Source: a virus (Duplodnaviria > Caudoviricetes). From it: a DNA stretch of 32,469 bases. This document shows, in pieces, positions 19,485-27,231 of this stretch (its first letter is position 1; every line of letters begins with the position of its first letter). Made by a program: the position numbers and the translations under genes. The stretch is taken from the IMG/VR virus record IMGVR_UViG_3300044988_000216, positions 1 to 32,469 of that record. One strand, written 5' to 3'. The notes under the pieces are model-generated. The model did not search any database. It saw nothing but the letters and a program-made list of their open reading frames with translations, and had not been told where the DNA came from.

Positions 19485-19954
19485 TTCACAACATCGTTGA
19501 ACAATTTGATGAAACGGGCATCGGCCAATTTGCGTTTTCCGGAAATCACATTGTGAACAAATGGATATGTGTGATGTGGGTTTTGCTCAACAAATGATTT
19601 GATGTTCCGGAATTTTGTGGCAATGCCAATCCGGATTGATTCACGTTCAAAATATGTGATGCAATTGGAACATTCCATTTTGAATTCGGTTTCCAAAATG
19701 TTGGCAATGCATCGAAAAACATCATTGGTTGATTCCGGTGATAACCTTAAATTCAAACCATTGGTGATGGTGTAATAATTCAATTGGTTAACCCGGCAAA
19801 AATGCCGGGTTGAACCATATTGTTTTTTCAATTCACGTTGAACGTTTGATGCAAATTTTGCAAACGTTAAATTTTTGGATTGGGGAAATTTTTTGGATTG
19901 GATCAAACCAAATTTTTCGGCCTCAATTTGGATATCTTTAAACGTTTTCATCAA
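19481..19954 (-). CDS. Putative DNA-binding protein with two HTH-like halves (157 aa)
   Basis: 'STRHFCRVNQLNYYTITNGLN' and 'NIKSFVEQNPHHTYPFVHNVISGKR' resemble Cro/Ner-type HTHs. Confidence 0.5.
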   Translation of the reverse strand: MMKTFKDIQIEAEKFGLIQSKKFPQSKNLTFAKFASNVQRELKKQYGSTRHFCRVNQLNYYTITNGLNLRLSPESTNDVFRCIANILETEFKMECSNCITYFERESIRIGIATKFRNIKSFVEQNPHHTYPFVHNVISGKRKLADARFIKLFNDVVK

Positions 19955-20996
19955 ACAATGTTGTTTGGGTTAATGAATTGATTTTGTTTTGGGCAACCTC
20001 CAAAATTTCCGGCCGGGTTTCCTCCATTGTTAAATCCATGATTTGTTCAACGGATTCGGATTGTTCGATTTTAGACAATGCAACAATATCAACCCGTGAT
20101 CCAATCATCATTTCAATTTGGCCCTTTAAATCATCGTTGTTTGAATATATTTTCATCAATTCGGAAACATCATCGGTTTTATCGATTTGCGTTTTAATAT
20201 CCTCAATCCTTTGTTTGTGTTTACGTTCGGCATCCAATTTTGCCAATTCCGTTTTCCGGGTTGTTAAACCATTTTTGAACATTGGCAAATTGTGCAAATC
20301 CGGGTTTGCATTCCAAACGGCAACCAATTCATCCAAATCACTTATTTCCCGGATGCCGTCCAACAATGTTCGAATCCGGATCGTATCATCCACATTTGGT
20401 TGTTGATTCACCGATTTTGGTTTTCGAACTTTTGTTTCAACAACAACGGCATCAACATCCATTGCCGCCAATTCCTCCGATGTGTATGGCATGCCTCCCA
20501 ATTCATCCGAAAAACATAATCGGAACCCTTGGGCCATTGCAACCTTTTTAATCATCGTGATGGGCTTGTTTCGCCAAAATTCGGTGATTGATCCATCACG
20601 TTTCCGGCCAACATATTCAATGTAATATACATCATGAACAAATGGATGTTCAAAATCACGCCGGTGGATGATAATTTCGGCCCTCAAATCCGAATGCATC
20701 ACGTTTTGTTGATTGATCGATCCATGAATTCGAACATGCCAACCGTTTAACAAACCGGAACGTTCGGCCCGTTTGATGTACGTTTCAAATCCAACGATAA
20801 CCGAAAATTTATCACCGTATTTATTGGCATAAATTTCACGTTTGAATGGATTTAATTGAAACCCTTGGGCAATTTCAATGAATTGTTCAACCTCCGATTT
20901 GGTTAGATTGTTGGCCAACCCCATCGTTTCCAAATATTTTGTGATTTTTTCCACATCGGCACCATAATCCGGTGCCGTTTTCTCAATGTTTTTCAT
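19938..20996 (-). CDS. bet: Bet/RecT-family single-strand annealing recombinase
   Basis: 'LNPFKREIY' and 'WRNKPITMIKKVAMAQGFRLCF...GMPYTSEEL'; start placed at MKNIEK after the promoter and A-rich leader. Confidence 0.85.
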   Translation of the reverse strand: MKNIEKTAPDYGADVEKITKYLETMGLANNLTKSEVEQFIEIAQGFQLNPFKREIYANKYGDKFSVIVGFETYIKRAERSGLLNGWHVRIHGSINQQNVMHSDLRAEIIIHRRDFEHPFVHDVYYIEYVGRKRDGSITEFWRNKPITMIKKVAMAQGFRLCFSDELGGMPYTSEELAAMDVDAVVVETKVRKPKSVNQQPNVDDTIRIRTLLDGIREISDLDELVAVWNANPDLHNLPMFKNGLTTRKTELAKLDAERKHKQRIEDIKTQIDKTDDVSELMKIYSNNDDLKGQIEMMIGSRVDIVALSKIEQSESVEQIMDLTMEETRPEILEVAQNKINSLTQTTLFDENV

Positions 20997-21018
20997 GGTT
21001 TTGTTTTTTGCGTTTTTG

Positions 21019-21026
21019 CAAATATA
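21019..21026 (-). promoter_or_regulatory. Bacteroidota -7 promoter element TATATTTG upstream of bet
   Basis: Matches TAnnTTTG; no TTG at 19-nt spacing. Confidence 0.55.
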
Positions 21027-21043
21027 CAACAAATGTTGTTTGA

Positions 21044-21523
21044 TTATTTGGGCAATGAAATTTCGATGGATGTTTTTGATGTTTTGATTGGTGGTTTGGC
21101 ATCAATCCATTCCCCGGATTCCGGATCGGCAATCACCATTGGTTGTTTCAACGTTTTCAATGTTGATTCCAACGATTTGCGTTTTTCGGCTTGGGCATCC
21201 TCAAATGATTTCAAATTTTGCCATGCATCGGTGTTTGAATAATCGTATTTCACACCGGTTTCCTTTTGTTTGAACGAAACACCCAACACCTTAACACCGG
21301 TTTTCGCCTCCGGGCCGTATGCATCCAATTCATCAACGGCATATTCACGCAATTTGGTTTTTGCCGTTTCAATGATTTGGGAAATGAATTCCATTTTGGC
21401 CAACATTGTGAGAATATCAAAATCACCGGAATCGGCAATTTGAATGATTTGGTTTGCCATTGATTCGGCACGTGATTTTGATAATTCGGTTTCACGGTTA
21501 ACGATTTCAAATAAATTTTCCAT
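21044..21523 (-). CDS. Hypothetical protein (159 aa) next to the recombinase
   Basis: Clean ORF with A-rich leader; helical and charged. Confidence 0.75.
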   Translation of the reverse strand: MENLFEIVNRETELSKSRAESMANQIIQIADSGDFDILTMLAKMEFISQIIETAKTKLREYAVDELDAYGPEAKTGVKVLGVSFKQKETGVKYDYSNTDAWQNLKSFEDAQAEKRKSLESTLKTLKQPMVIADPESGEWIDAKPPIKTSKTSIEISLPK

Positions 21524-21552
21524 TGTTTTGGTTTTTGGTTTTTGGTTTTTGA

Positions 21553-21798
21553 TTAAACGGCCATTCGATTATTTAATGATTGAACGATGATTTGGCCGAT
21601 TGTACCAACGTTCAATTCGTTCACAAATGATTTGATGAACTTTGCATCCAATGTTGCCACATGGGCACGTGATGTTTCGAATCCTAATTTTTTTGATCGG
21701 TTCAAATGTGTGATCACAAAATCAATTTCCAATTCGGATAATTGGGAAAAAAAATCCCCAAACAAAACGGTTGTTGTTTCAATTTTTTCCATGATCAT
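21553..21798 (-). CDS. Hypothetical protein (81 aa)
   Basis: ATGA overlap with the upstream gene. Confidence 0.65.
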   Translation of the reverse strand: MIMEKIETTTVLFGDFFSQLSELEIDFVITHLNRSKKLGFETSRAHVATLDAKFIKSFVNELNVGTIGQIIVQSLNNRMAV

Positions 21799-22106
21799 TC
21801 ATTTAAAAATTTCATCAAATCGTTTTCCATTGAATCGTTTATCGATTTCAAAAATTTGGAACCACATTCATTCCCGGTTGCCGTTTTGGTTAATGTTAAA
21901 TCCATCCATTCGTTTTCGGCATGAAACATCAATCCAAATCCAATGGTTTCGATATCACAATCCAATGGGATTCCGAATGAACTAAATCGTTCGATGCAAT
22001 GAATATTCATCAATTCAATGAATTCATCGAATGCATCAACGAATTTTAAATTGGTTGTTACGGTTGTTGATGAACCGTTTTTTGATTCCCGTGTTACTTT
22101 GTACAT
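21795..22106 (-). CDS. Hypothetical protein (103 aa)
   Basis: A-rich leader; packed operon. Confidence 0.7.
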   Translation of the reverse strand: MYKVTRESKNGSSTTVTTNLKFVDAFDEFIELMNIHCIERFSSFGIPLDCDIETIGFGLMFHAENEWMDLTLTKTATGNECGSKFLKSINDSMENDLMKFLNE

Positions 22107-22126
22107 GGTTTTTTCGGTTTTGGGTT

Positions 22127-22426
22127 TTATTGATTGATTATTGATTTGAAATTTTTTGATTCATCCGAATTCATCACCCGGGCAAACATCCCGGAAAAAT
22201 GCAAACCATTGTGGTAAATGTTTTCGGAAACGGTTTCGGCCGGTTCGTTCCAATATAATTCCCGGGCCAATTGATTCAAATGATTTTGGGCATCATGTTT
22301 TGAATCAAATTCCATCCAAAACACCATTTCACCATTGATGAATTTTTGATTGAGTAACCGGAACATCCGGGCCAAATCAAATTGTTCGGGATTTCGAACG
22401 GATAATTTGATTATTGATTTGTTCAT
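22127..22426 (-). CDS. Hypothetical early protein (99 aa)
   Basis: Preceded by hairpin and AAACGCAAA leader. Confidence 0.7.
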   Translation of the reverse strand: MNKSIIKLSVRNPEQFDLARMFRLLNQKFINGEMVFWMEFDSKHDAQNHLNQLARELYWNEPAETVSENIYHNGLHFSGMFARVMNSDESKNFKSIINQ

Positions 22427-22446
22427 GATTTTGGTTTTTGCGTTTT

Positions 22447-22475
22447 GAAAAATGGCCCGGCCGAAACCGGGCCGG
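22447..22475 (-). terminator. GC-rich hairpin with U-tract, repeat copy 1
   Basis: Minus strand GGCCCGGT-TTCG-GCCGGGCC then ATTTTT, right after a stop codon. Confidence 0.65.
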
Positions 22476-22479
22476 ATGA

Positions 22480-22731
22480 TTATTTTTGGATTTGAACAAA
22501 TTGGATTGAATCAACAACCAAATTTGAACCGGCATTTTTCACCCAAAAATTCAAATCCGATTGATTTGTTTTCGATGAAAATTTCAAAACCGTCCATTCG
22601 GGATGTTGTGAATATTTGCAAACCAATGCAAATGAATAATCCTTTTTTGAATTCCCAATGGCCAACAAATCGTTGATGTTGTAGGTGAATCGGCCATTTT
22701 CATTTTGTGTTTGAACAACTTTACATTCCAT
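22480..22731 (-). CDS. Hypothetical early protein (83 aa)
   Basis: Start reassigned to MECKV, downstream of the promoter and leader motif. Confidence 0.7.
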   Translation of the reverse strand: MECKVVQTQNENGRFTYNINDLLAIGNSKKDYSFALVCKYSQHPEWTVLKFSSKTNQSDLNFWVKNAGSNLVVDSIQFVQIQK

Positions 22732-22761
22732 GATTTCGGTTTTTTGCGTTTTTGGTATGAG

Positions 22762-22791
22762 CAAATGTAAACATATTTTAATATCAAACAA
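22762..22791 (-). promoter_or_regulatory. Bacteroidota-type promoter TTG-N19-TACATTTG
   Basis: -33 and -7 elements with 19-nt spacer, about 30 nt above an ATG. Confidence 0.75.
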
Positions 22792-22996
22792 CATTTGTTT
22801 GATTTTTTCCAATCTTTTTTTGTGCCGTGTACCAAATCCCCATCACATTCATCAAATCAAAAAAATCCTCAATTTCAATTTCATTCATGGGCCGGGTTTC
22901 AATGGTTTGTTCACCGGTGCCAACATCAAACGTGATGATGTAAACATCAACCGGTTTGGATTCGGATTCATTAAACATGGATAATTGTTCGGCCAT
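22784..22996 (-). CDS. Hypothetical early protein (70 aa)
   Basis: Start reassigned to MAEQL, after the hairpin. Confidence 0.6.
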   Translation of the reverse strand: MAEQLSMFNESESKPVDVYIITFDVGTGEQTIETRPMNEIEIEDFFDLMNVMGIWYTAQKKIGKNQTNVV

Positions 22997-23008
22997 TATC
23001 AAAATTAT

Positions 23009-23032
23009 ATGGCCCGGCCGAAACCGGGCCGG
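23009..23032 (-). repeat. Identical 24-bp hairpin, copy 2
   Basis: ATGGCCCGGCCGAAACCGGGCCGG equals 22452-22475; weak U-tract. Confidence 0.85.
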
Positions 23033-23037
23033 TTTGA

Positions 23038-23307
23038 TCACCCAATTATTGATTTCAATTCACCAACAAATTGTTCGGCAATCCGGCAATCCCACCCGGA
23101 TGAATATTTCAATGCCGAAAAAATTTTGAAACCCTCAACATCGGTGATCAATTTATGGTTCGGCCGATCAATTTCAATGATTGCACCGTTTTTTTTACAA
23201 TGGTTGATGAATTTTCGGATCGTTTTTCCATTCAATACGGCAATCCGGAAATTGTTTGCATGTGTGATCAAAAATTGGGATTGGGTTTGTGGTGATGAAT
23301 TTTCCAT
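23038..23307 (-). CDS. Hypothetical early protein (89 aa)
   Basis: Flanked by repeated hairpins; leader motif. Confidence 0.65.
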   Translation of the reverse strand: MENSSPQTQSQFLITHANNFRIAVLNGKTIRKFINHCKKNGAIIEIDRPNHKLITDVEGFKIFSALKYSSGWDCRIAEQFVGELKSIIG

Positions 23308-23339
23308 GATGATTTGGTTTTGCGTTTAACTTATAAGTG

Positions 23340-23365
23340 AAAAATGGCCCGGTTTCCCGGGCCGG
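23340..23365 (-). terminator. Related hairpin with U-tract, copy 3
   Basis: Minus strand GGCCCGG-GAAA-CCGGGCC then ATTTTT after a stop codon. Confidence 0.65.
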
Positions 23366-23370
23366 GATGA

Positions 23371-23943
23371 TTATGCAAAAATGAAATTGTGTTTGGTGCA
23401 CAATTCACGCAATTGTGAACGGAATTGTGAATCCTTTTTATAAAATGCATTCGTTGAAAAATCGAATGATGAATAAACATTGTTTTTGATGTTTGATGCC
23501 CATTCGGCCATGATTTCCGGTGAATTGTTTTCAAGGTTGTTCAAATCCAATCCGGCCGGCAATGCAATGTTCAACATAACACGTTGCAATGGTGCCGATG
23601 TTAATGATGCCGAACCAATGTTCAATTGTTTCATGAAATTGATTCCATCAACCGTGTAATGAATCCAAATATTGAAATCCAAACCATAATTGAAAACCGG
23701 ATTTGCCGATGTAACAAAAACATCGTGGATTTGAACATTGGCCCAATTTTTCAATGAACGATCAACCAAATGTTCATATCCAAAATTTGATGCATATTTT
23801 GCAACGTAACCGGCCGAAACCAATTCATCAATTGTTTTGAATTGGGCAACAATTTTTTGTTCATCACCCCATTGAATCCAAATGGTTGAATTGTTGTTGG
23901 TTGTTGTTGATTGTGAATCGATTGTTGAATTTTGCGTTTTCAT
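23371..23943 (-). CDS. Hypothetical early protein (190 aa), first gene after the main early promoter
   Basis: Start reassigned to MKTQNS; the ORF-track extension runs through the promoter and terminator. Confidence 0.7.
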   Translation of the reverse strand: MKTQNSTIDSQSTTTNNNSTIWIQWGDEQKIVAQFKTIDELVSAGYVAKYASNFGYEHLVDRSLKNWANVQIHDVFVTSANPVFNYGLDFNIWIHYTVDGINFMKQLNIGSASLTSAPLQRVMLNIALPAGLDLNNLENNSPEIMAEWASNIKNNVYSSFDFSTNAFYKKDSQFRSQLRELCTKHNFIFA

Positions 23944-23971
23944 GGTGTTTTTTTGTTTGCGTTTTGTTTGA

Positions 23972-24001
23972 CAAACATACAAACGTTTTTCACACCAACA
24001 A
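23972..24001 (-). promoter_or_regulatory. Bacteroidota-type promoter TTG-N19-TATGTTTG
   Basis: -33 and -7 elements with 19-nt spacer in the largest intergenic region. Confidence 0.75.
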
Positions 24002-24065
24002 CATTCGATTGATTTTTTTTGTTGTTTTATTTGTTGAGGTGATGCAATTGATTGAAAATCAACGC

Positions 24066-24096
24066 AAAAAAAAACACCGGAACCACCCGGTGTTTT
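24066..24096 (-). terminator. Rho-independent terminator ending the late operon
   Basis: AAAACACCGG-6 nt-CCGGTGTTTT stem ending in a 9-nt T run on the minus strand. Confidence 0.75.
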
Positions 24097-24201
24097 AAAC
24101 GCAAATCCAAAACGGAAAATCCATTGTGAAACAACAAAAATAATCAAAACCCATTTCCAAACAACAACAAACGTGTGCCCACAATGGATTTCCCTTTTTA
24201 T

Positions 24202-24615
24202 TTATGCATTAACGTTTCGTTCGGTTATGGCCAACGTAACGTGTGAAATCGATGCAACCAATATGAACCACCACCAACCGATTCCGGTTTCACCACGGGT
24301 TGCCAAAAACATGAAAAACGTAACCCAAACGTTCATGCAGTACATGCAACCACCCAATGGTTTGGCCATGAATTTGAATGGGTTTGGATTTAATGATTTG
24401 AACCATTCCAAACCACGGCCCCAAAAACCGAAAATTTGTTCCGGTTGAATGAGGAAATCAATGAAAATTGAAATGAATGCCGATGAAACACCAACCATCA
24501 ACATCATGGTTGGTTTGTCGAATCCACCACCAACCATTTTTCCAATGGTGAAACCAAACATGGCCCCAATCGTGATGAATAAAAATTGATTGAATGATTG
24601 TTTTATATTTTTCAT
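24202..24615 (-). CDS. Multi-pass membrane protein with CxxC motif (DUF1360-like)
   Basis: About four hydrophobic segments; 'KPLGGCMYCMNVW' at the start of a TM helix. Confidence 0.65.
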   Translation of the reverse strand: MKNIKQSFNQFLFITIGAMFGFTIGKMVGGGFDKPTMMLMVGVSSAFISIFIDFLIQPEQIFGFWGRGLEWFKSLNPNPFKFMAKPLGGCMYCMNVWVTFFMFLATRGETGIGWWWFILVASISHVTLAITERNVNA

Positions 24616-24617
24616 GA

Positions 24618-24923
24618 TCAACATTGTGGGATTATTCCGGAAACCTCAAATGAACATGCCCCATCCTTTGATGTTGCATAATACATCCCATATTGGGAAA
24701 AATTGATATCAAATTTGATTTTGATGATGGTTGTTGAATTCTCATTGAATGTGAACGGCAACAACAACGGTGTTCCAAAATCGGCCTCAAATGATATTGT
24801 TGTGAAACCGGAATTGGAAAAAATTTCGGCCGTGTAAAATCCATCATAAGGTGCCAAAATCCCGAAATCAATATTTTGCCCGGGAATAAAACATCCTAAA
24901 TTTTTGGTGCATCCACAATTCAT
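24618..24923 (-). CDS. Small Cys-rich putative virion protein (101 aa)
   Basis: 'MNCGCTKNLGC' start; beta-rich; 5 Cys; late operon. Confidence 0.6.
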   Translation of the reverse strand: MNCGCTKNLGCFIPGQNIDFGILAPYDGFYTAEIFSNSGFTTISFEADFGTPLLLPFTFNENSTTIIKIKFDINFSQYGMYYATSKDGACSFEVSGIIPQC

Positions 24924-24952
24924 GGTTTTATGTTTTTGGTAAAATTAAAAAA

Positions 24953-25516
24953 TTAACACGATCCGGAACATGGATGCAAACAATATGCATCCAATGCCAT
25001 ATCACGATCCCCAACCAAATCAAAATCGAATGCAACCATTGTTAAATGTTTGGAAAATGGTTTGGGTTTCTTGGATGGTGATTCGGCCGTTGCAACCGAA
25101 ATTGGATCAACGATCGATTCAACCGGGATGATTGAAACATTGGCAAATGATGCCGTTGATTGCAATGGTGCATTCATCACCCCAAAACGTATTGATTCCT
25201 CCAAACAAAATGGATCAACATTTTTCAAACATGCAACAATCCTCAATTCATAACGAACCCGGAAAAACGATTGCATTGATGCAAATTTTTTGTTTGTGGA
25301 TGCATCCGAAAAATTGATCCTCCCATCATCACGTGTTCGAACGTACATCCAACCATCATCCAAATCATTGATGCCGGCGAAAACATATTCATTTGATGTT
25401 TTATCACGAATCAAAACACGGTTTTCATCATCGATTTTGGCCAATGCAACCGATTTTTTTATTTCCGGAATCGATCGTTTAACCGATTCAATGATGGTGT
25501 TGATGTATTCAATCAT
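24953..25516 (-). CDS. Putative tail terminator/completion protein (187 aa)
   Basis: Size and position after the neck gene; C-terminal Cys cluster. Confidence 0.5.
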   Translation of the reverse strand: MIEYINTIIESVKRSIPEIKKSVALAKIDDENRVLIRDKTSNEYVFAGINDLDDGWMYVRTRDDGRINFSDASTNKKFASMQSFFRVRYELRIVACLKNVDPFCLEESIRFGVMNAPLQSTASFANVSIIPVESIVDPISVATAESPSKKPKPFSKHLTMVAFDFDLVGDRDMALDAYCLHPCSGSC

Positions 25517-25962
25517 AATTTGTTGAATGCCTTTAAAAATTCATCCTCAAATAAATCGTTGATGTATTTTTCGGTGTTATCACGTTCGTTTTCGGTTGGC
25601 AAAAAAATCGTTTTGTTTCGCCGTTTTTCTTGGCCAATGGCCTTTTGGTAATCATCATCATTGATGATTGCAATGAACACATCGTTTCCACGTTTCACAA
25701 CTTGGATTGAATTGAACAAATCCCCGGTAAATTGCAAATCAACAAACCCGGTTTGCCTCCCATTCAATGAACGGGTTTTGATCCACGATTTGGATTTGTA
25801 TTTCCCAATTGATTTATCATTCGAATCCTTACCATCATTGAAAATTCGGCCCAACATTTCACCCAACAAATCCAATCCACCCAAATAAAGAACATCACCA
25901 CGGGTTGATGCAACGGCCGTTGATAATGTGGAAATCCGATTCAATAAAACATCCAATTCCAT
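25513..25962 (-). CDS. Putative neck/tail-completion (virion morphogenesis) protein (149 aa)
   Basis: 'VDLQFTGDLFNSI' matches LxxTGxLxxSI; TAATG overlap defines the start MELDV. Confidence 0.6.
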   Translation of the reverse strand: MELDVLLNRISTLSTAVASTRGDVLYLGGLDLLGEMLGRIFNDGKDSNDKSIGKYKSKSWIKTRSLNGRQTGFVDLQFTGDLFNSIQVVKRGNDVFIAIINDDDYQKAIGQEKRRNKTIFLPTENERDNTEKYINDLFEDEFLKAFNKL

Positions 25963-26360
25963 TATCGTTTGATTTGCAAAATGATGGATAAAACCAAAAC
26001 CAAAAACGTGATTCCAACCAACCACCACGGGATGTTTTTTTCATCAACACGTTCGTGTTTCACGATGTTTTGGATAACCTTTTCAATCCGGATTGTATCA
26101 CCCGGGCAAATCGTTTTCACGAAAACCGAATCATTCACCCGAACCAATTGTGTTTCAATTTTGGTTTTCCAATCCCGGATGAATATTGTATCACGGGATT
26201 GAAATGATACCAATGTATCAAATGATTTTGAATTGGTTATGATGGTTGTATCACGAATAATTGTTTCAACCGATGCCGGGAATTTTTCCATGCATCGTTT
26301 TTCGGTAACGCAACCGGAAAACAACATCCACAAAACGATCAATCCAAATGTAAATTTCAC
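25962..26360 (-). CDS. Lipoprotein with C-terminal TM helix, unimolecular-spanin-like
   Basis: Signal peptide with lipobox 'LFSGC'; beta-rich middle; C-terminal 'WWLVGITFLVLVLSIIL'. Confidence 0.65.
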   Translation of the reverse strand: MKFTFGLIVLWMLFSGCVTEKRCMEKFPASVETIIRDTTIITNSKSFDTLVSFQSRDTIFIRDWKTKIETQLVRVNDSVFVKTICPGDTIRIEKVIQNIVKHERVDEKNIPWWLVGITFLVLVLSIILQIKR

Positions 26361-26369
26361 ACCATAAAT

Positions 26370-26855
26370 TTATGAATTCCATTCGGTTTTCAAATCGGAA
26401 ATAAAATCACTCCAATATCCATTGGCATAACAATCGGCAACATATTTTGCCGCCAAATATGCCATGAAACCACAAACCATTGAAAACGCAACATGATCAC
26501 CAATTGGATCACGTTTGATTGGCAATTGTTCGGATGGGAATTCGATGAACTCCGATGTTGAACGTGTATCACCCGGAATCAAAAATTGTGAATCACACGG
26601 TTTGATTGTATCGAACGCCGTTAATTCATGAACCAAAACCGGTTGTTCGATTTCCTTTTCAACCTCAACAAACACGTTTGATGATGCCGAATCGGTTTTT
26701 GCCTCCGTTTGAATCAATGAATCGGTGTTGATTTCACGATGAACCCAAACAAATTTGTTTGGATGGTTTTTGCAATCACCCTTGGATTGGCAAACTTGGA
26801 TTTTTTCATGTTGCATAACGATCAACGTATCACGCAAATCAATTTGATGTTTCAT
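26370..26855 (-). CDS. Hypothetical protein with C-terminal TM segment (161 aa)
   Basis: Between holin-like and spanin-like genes; hydrophobic 'VAFSMVCGFMAYLAA'. Confidence 0.6.
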   Translation of the reverse strand: MKHQIDLRDTLIVMQHEKIQVCQSKGDCKNHPNKFVWVHREINTDSLIQTEAKTDSASSNVFVEVEKEIEQPVLVHELTAFDTIKPCDSQFLIPGDTRSTSEFIEFPSEQLPIKRDPIGDHVAFSMVCGFMAYLAAKYVADCYANGYWSDFISDLKTEWNS

Positions 26856-27048
26856 TGTTGTTTGATTTTGGAATGTAACCGGCCGCAATCAATGCCGCAA
26901 TAATGGCCGCCAATGTTTCGGTTGAAATGATTTTGAAAATCAATAAAACAACACAAATCAAAACAACCACCGATCCAATGGTTTTCCTCCAATGTTTAAC
27001 AAAAACATCGAAAATTCGTTTTGGCCTTTTTTGTCGAACATTGCCCAT
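26839..27048 (-). CDS. Putative holin (69 aa)
   Basis: Basic N-terminus, 'HWRKT', two short TM helices; near amidase and spanin. Confidence 0.65.
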   Translation of the reverse strand: MGNVRQKRPKRIFDVFVKHWRKTIGSVVVLICVVLLIFKIISTETLAAIIAALIAAGYIPKSNNNETSN

Positions 27049-27115
27049 GTTTCAATATACGAACAACATGAAAAATGGATTTCACATGTTTGATGCAAAA
27101 ATTACACGTGTTGGT

Positions 27116-27208
27116 TTATTTCCCACGTGTAGGTTTGGCAATTGGCCGTTGAACGGGCCGGCCGGCCGGCCTTGGTTTTGGTGTGTTTGAACCACAATTG
27201 CATCCCAT
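27116..27208 (-). CDS. 30-aa basic micro-protein with N-terminal CxC, absent from the ORF track
   Basis: Hand translation MGCNCGSNTPKPRPAGRPVQRPIAKPTRGK*; A-rich leader 24 nt after the upstream stop. Confidence 0.6.
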   Translation of the reverse strand: MGCNCGSNTPKPRPAGRPVQRPIAKPTRGK

Positions 27209-27231
27209 ATTTATTTGGTTTTATTGGTTGT

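Noticed and set aside
22452-23365. Repeated palindromes as a CRISPR array or attachment sites
   Set aside because: Only three copies, separated by whole genes of 300-530 nt; no cas or integrase gene
23944-24147. N-terminal extension giving a 258-aa ORF
   Set aside because: Runs through terminator and promoter elements; ATG at 23943 has the leader motif
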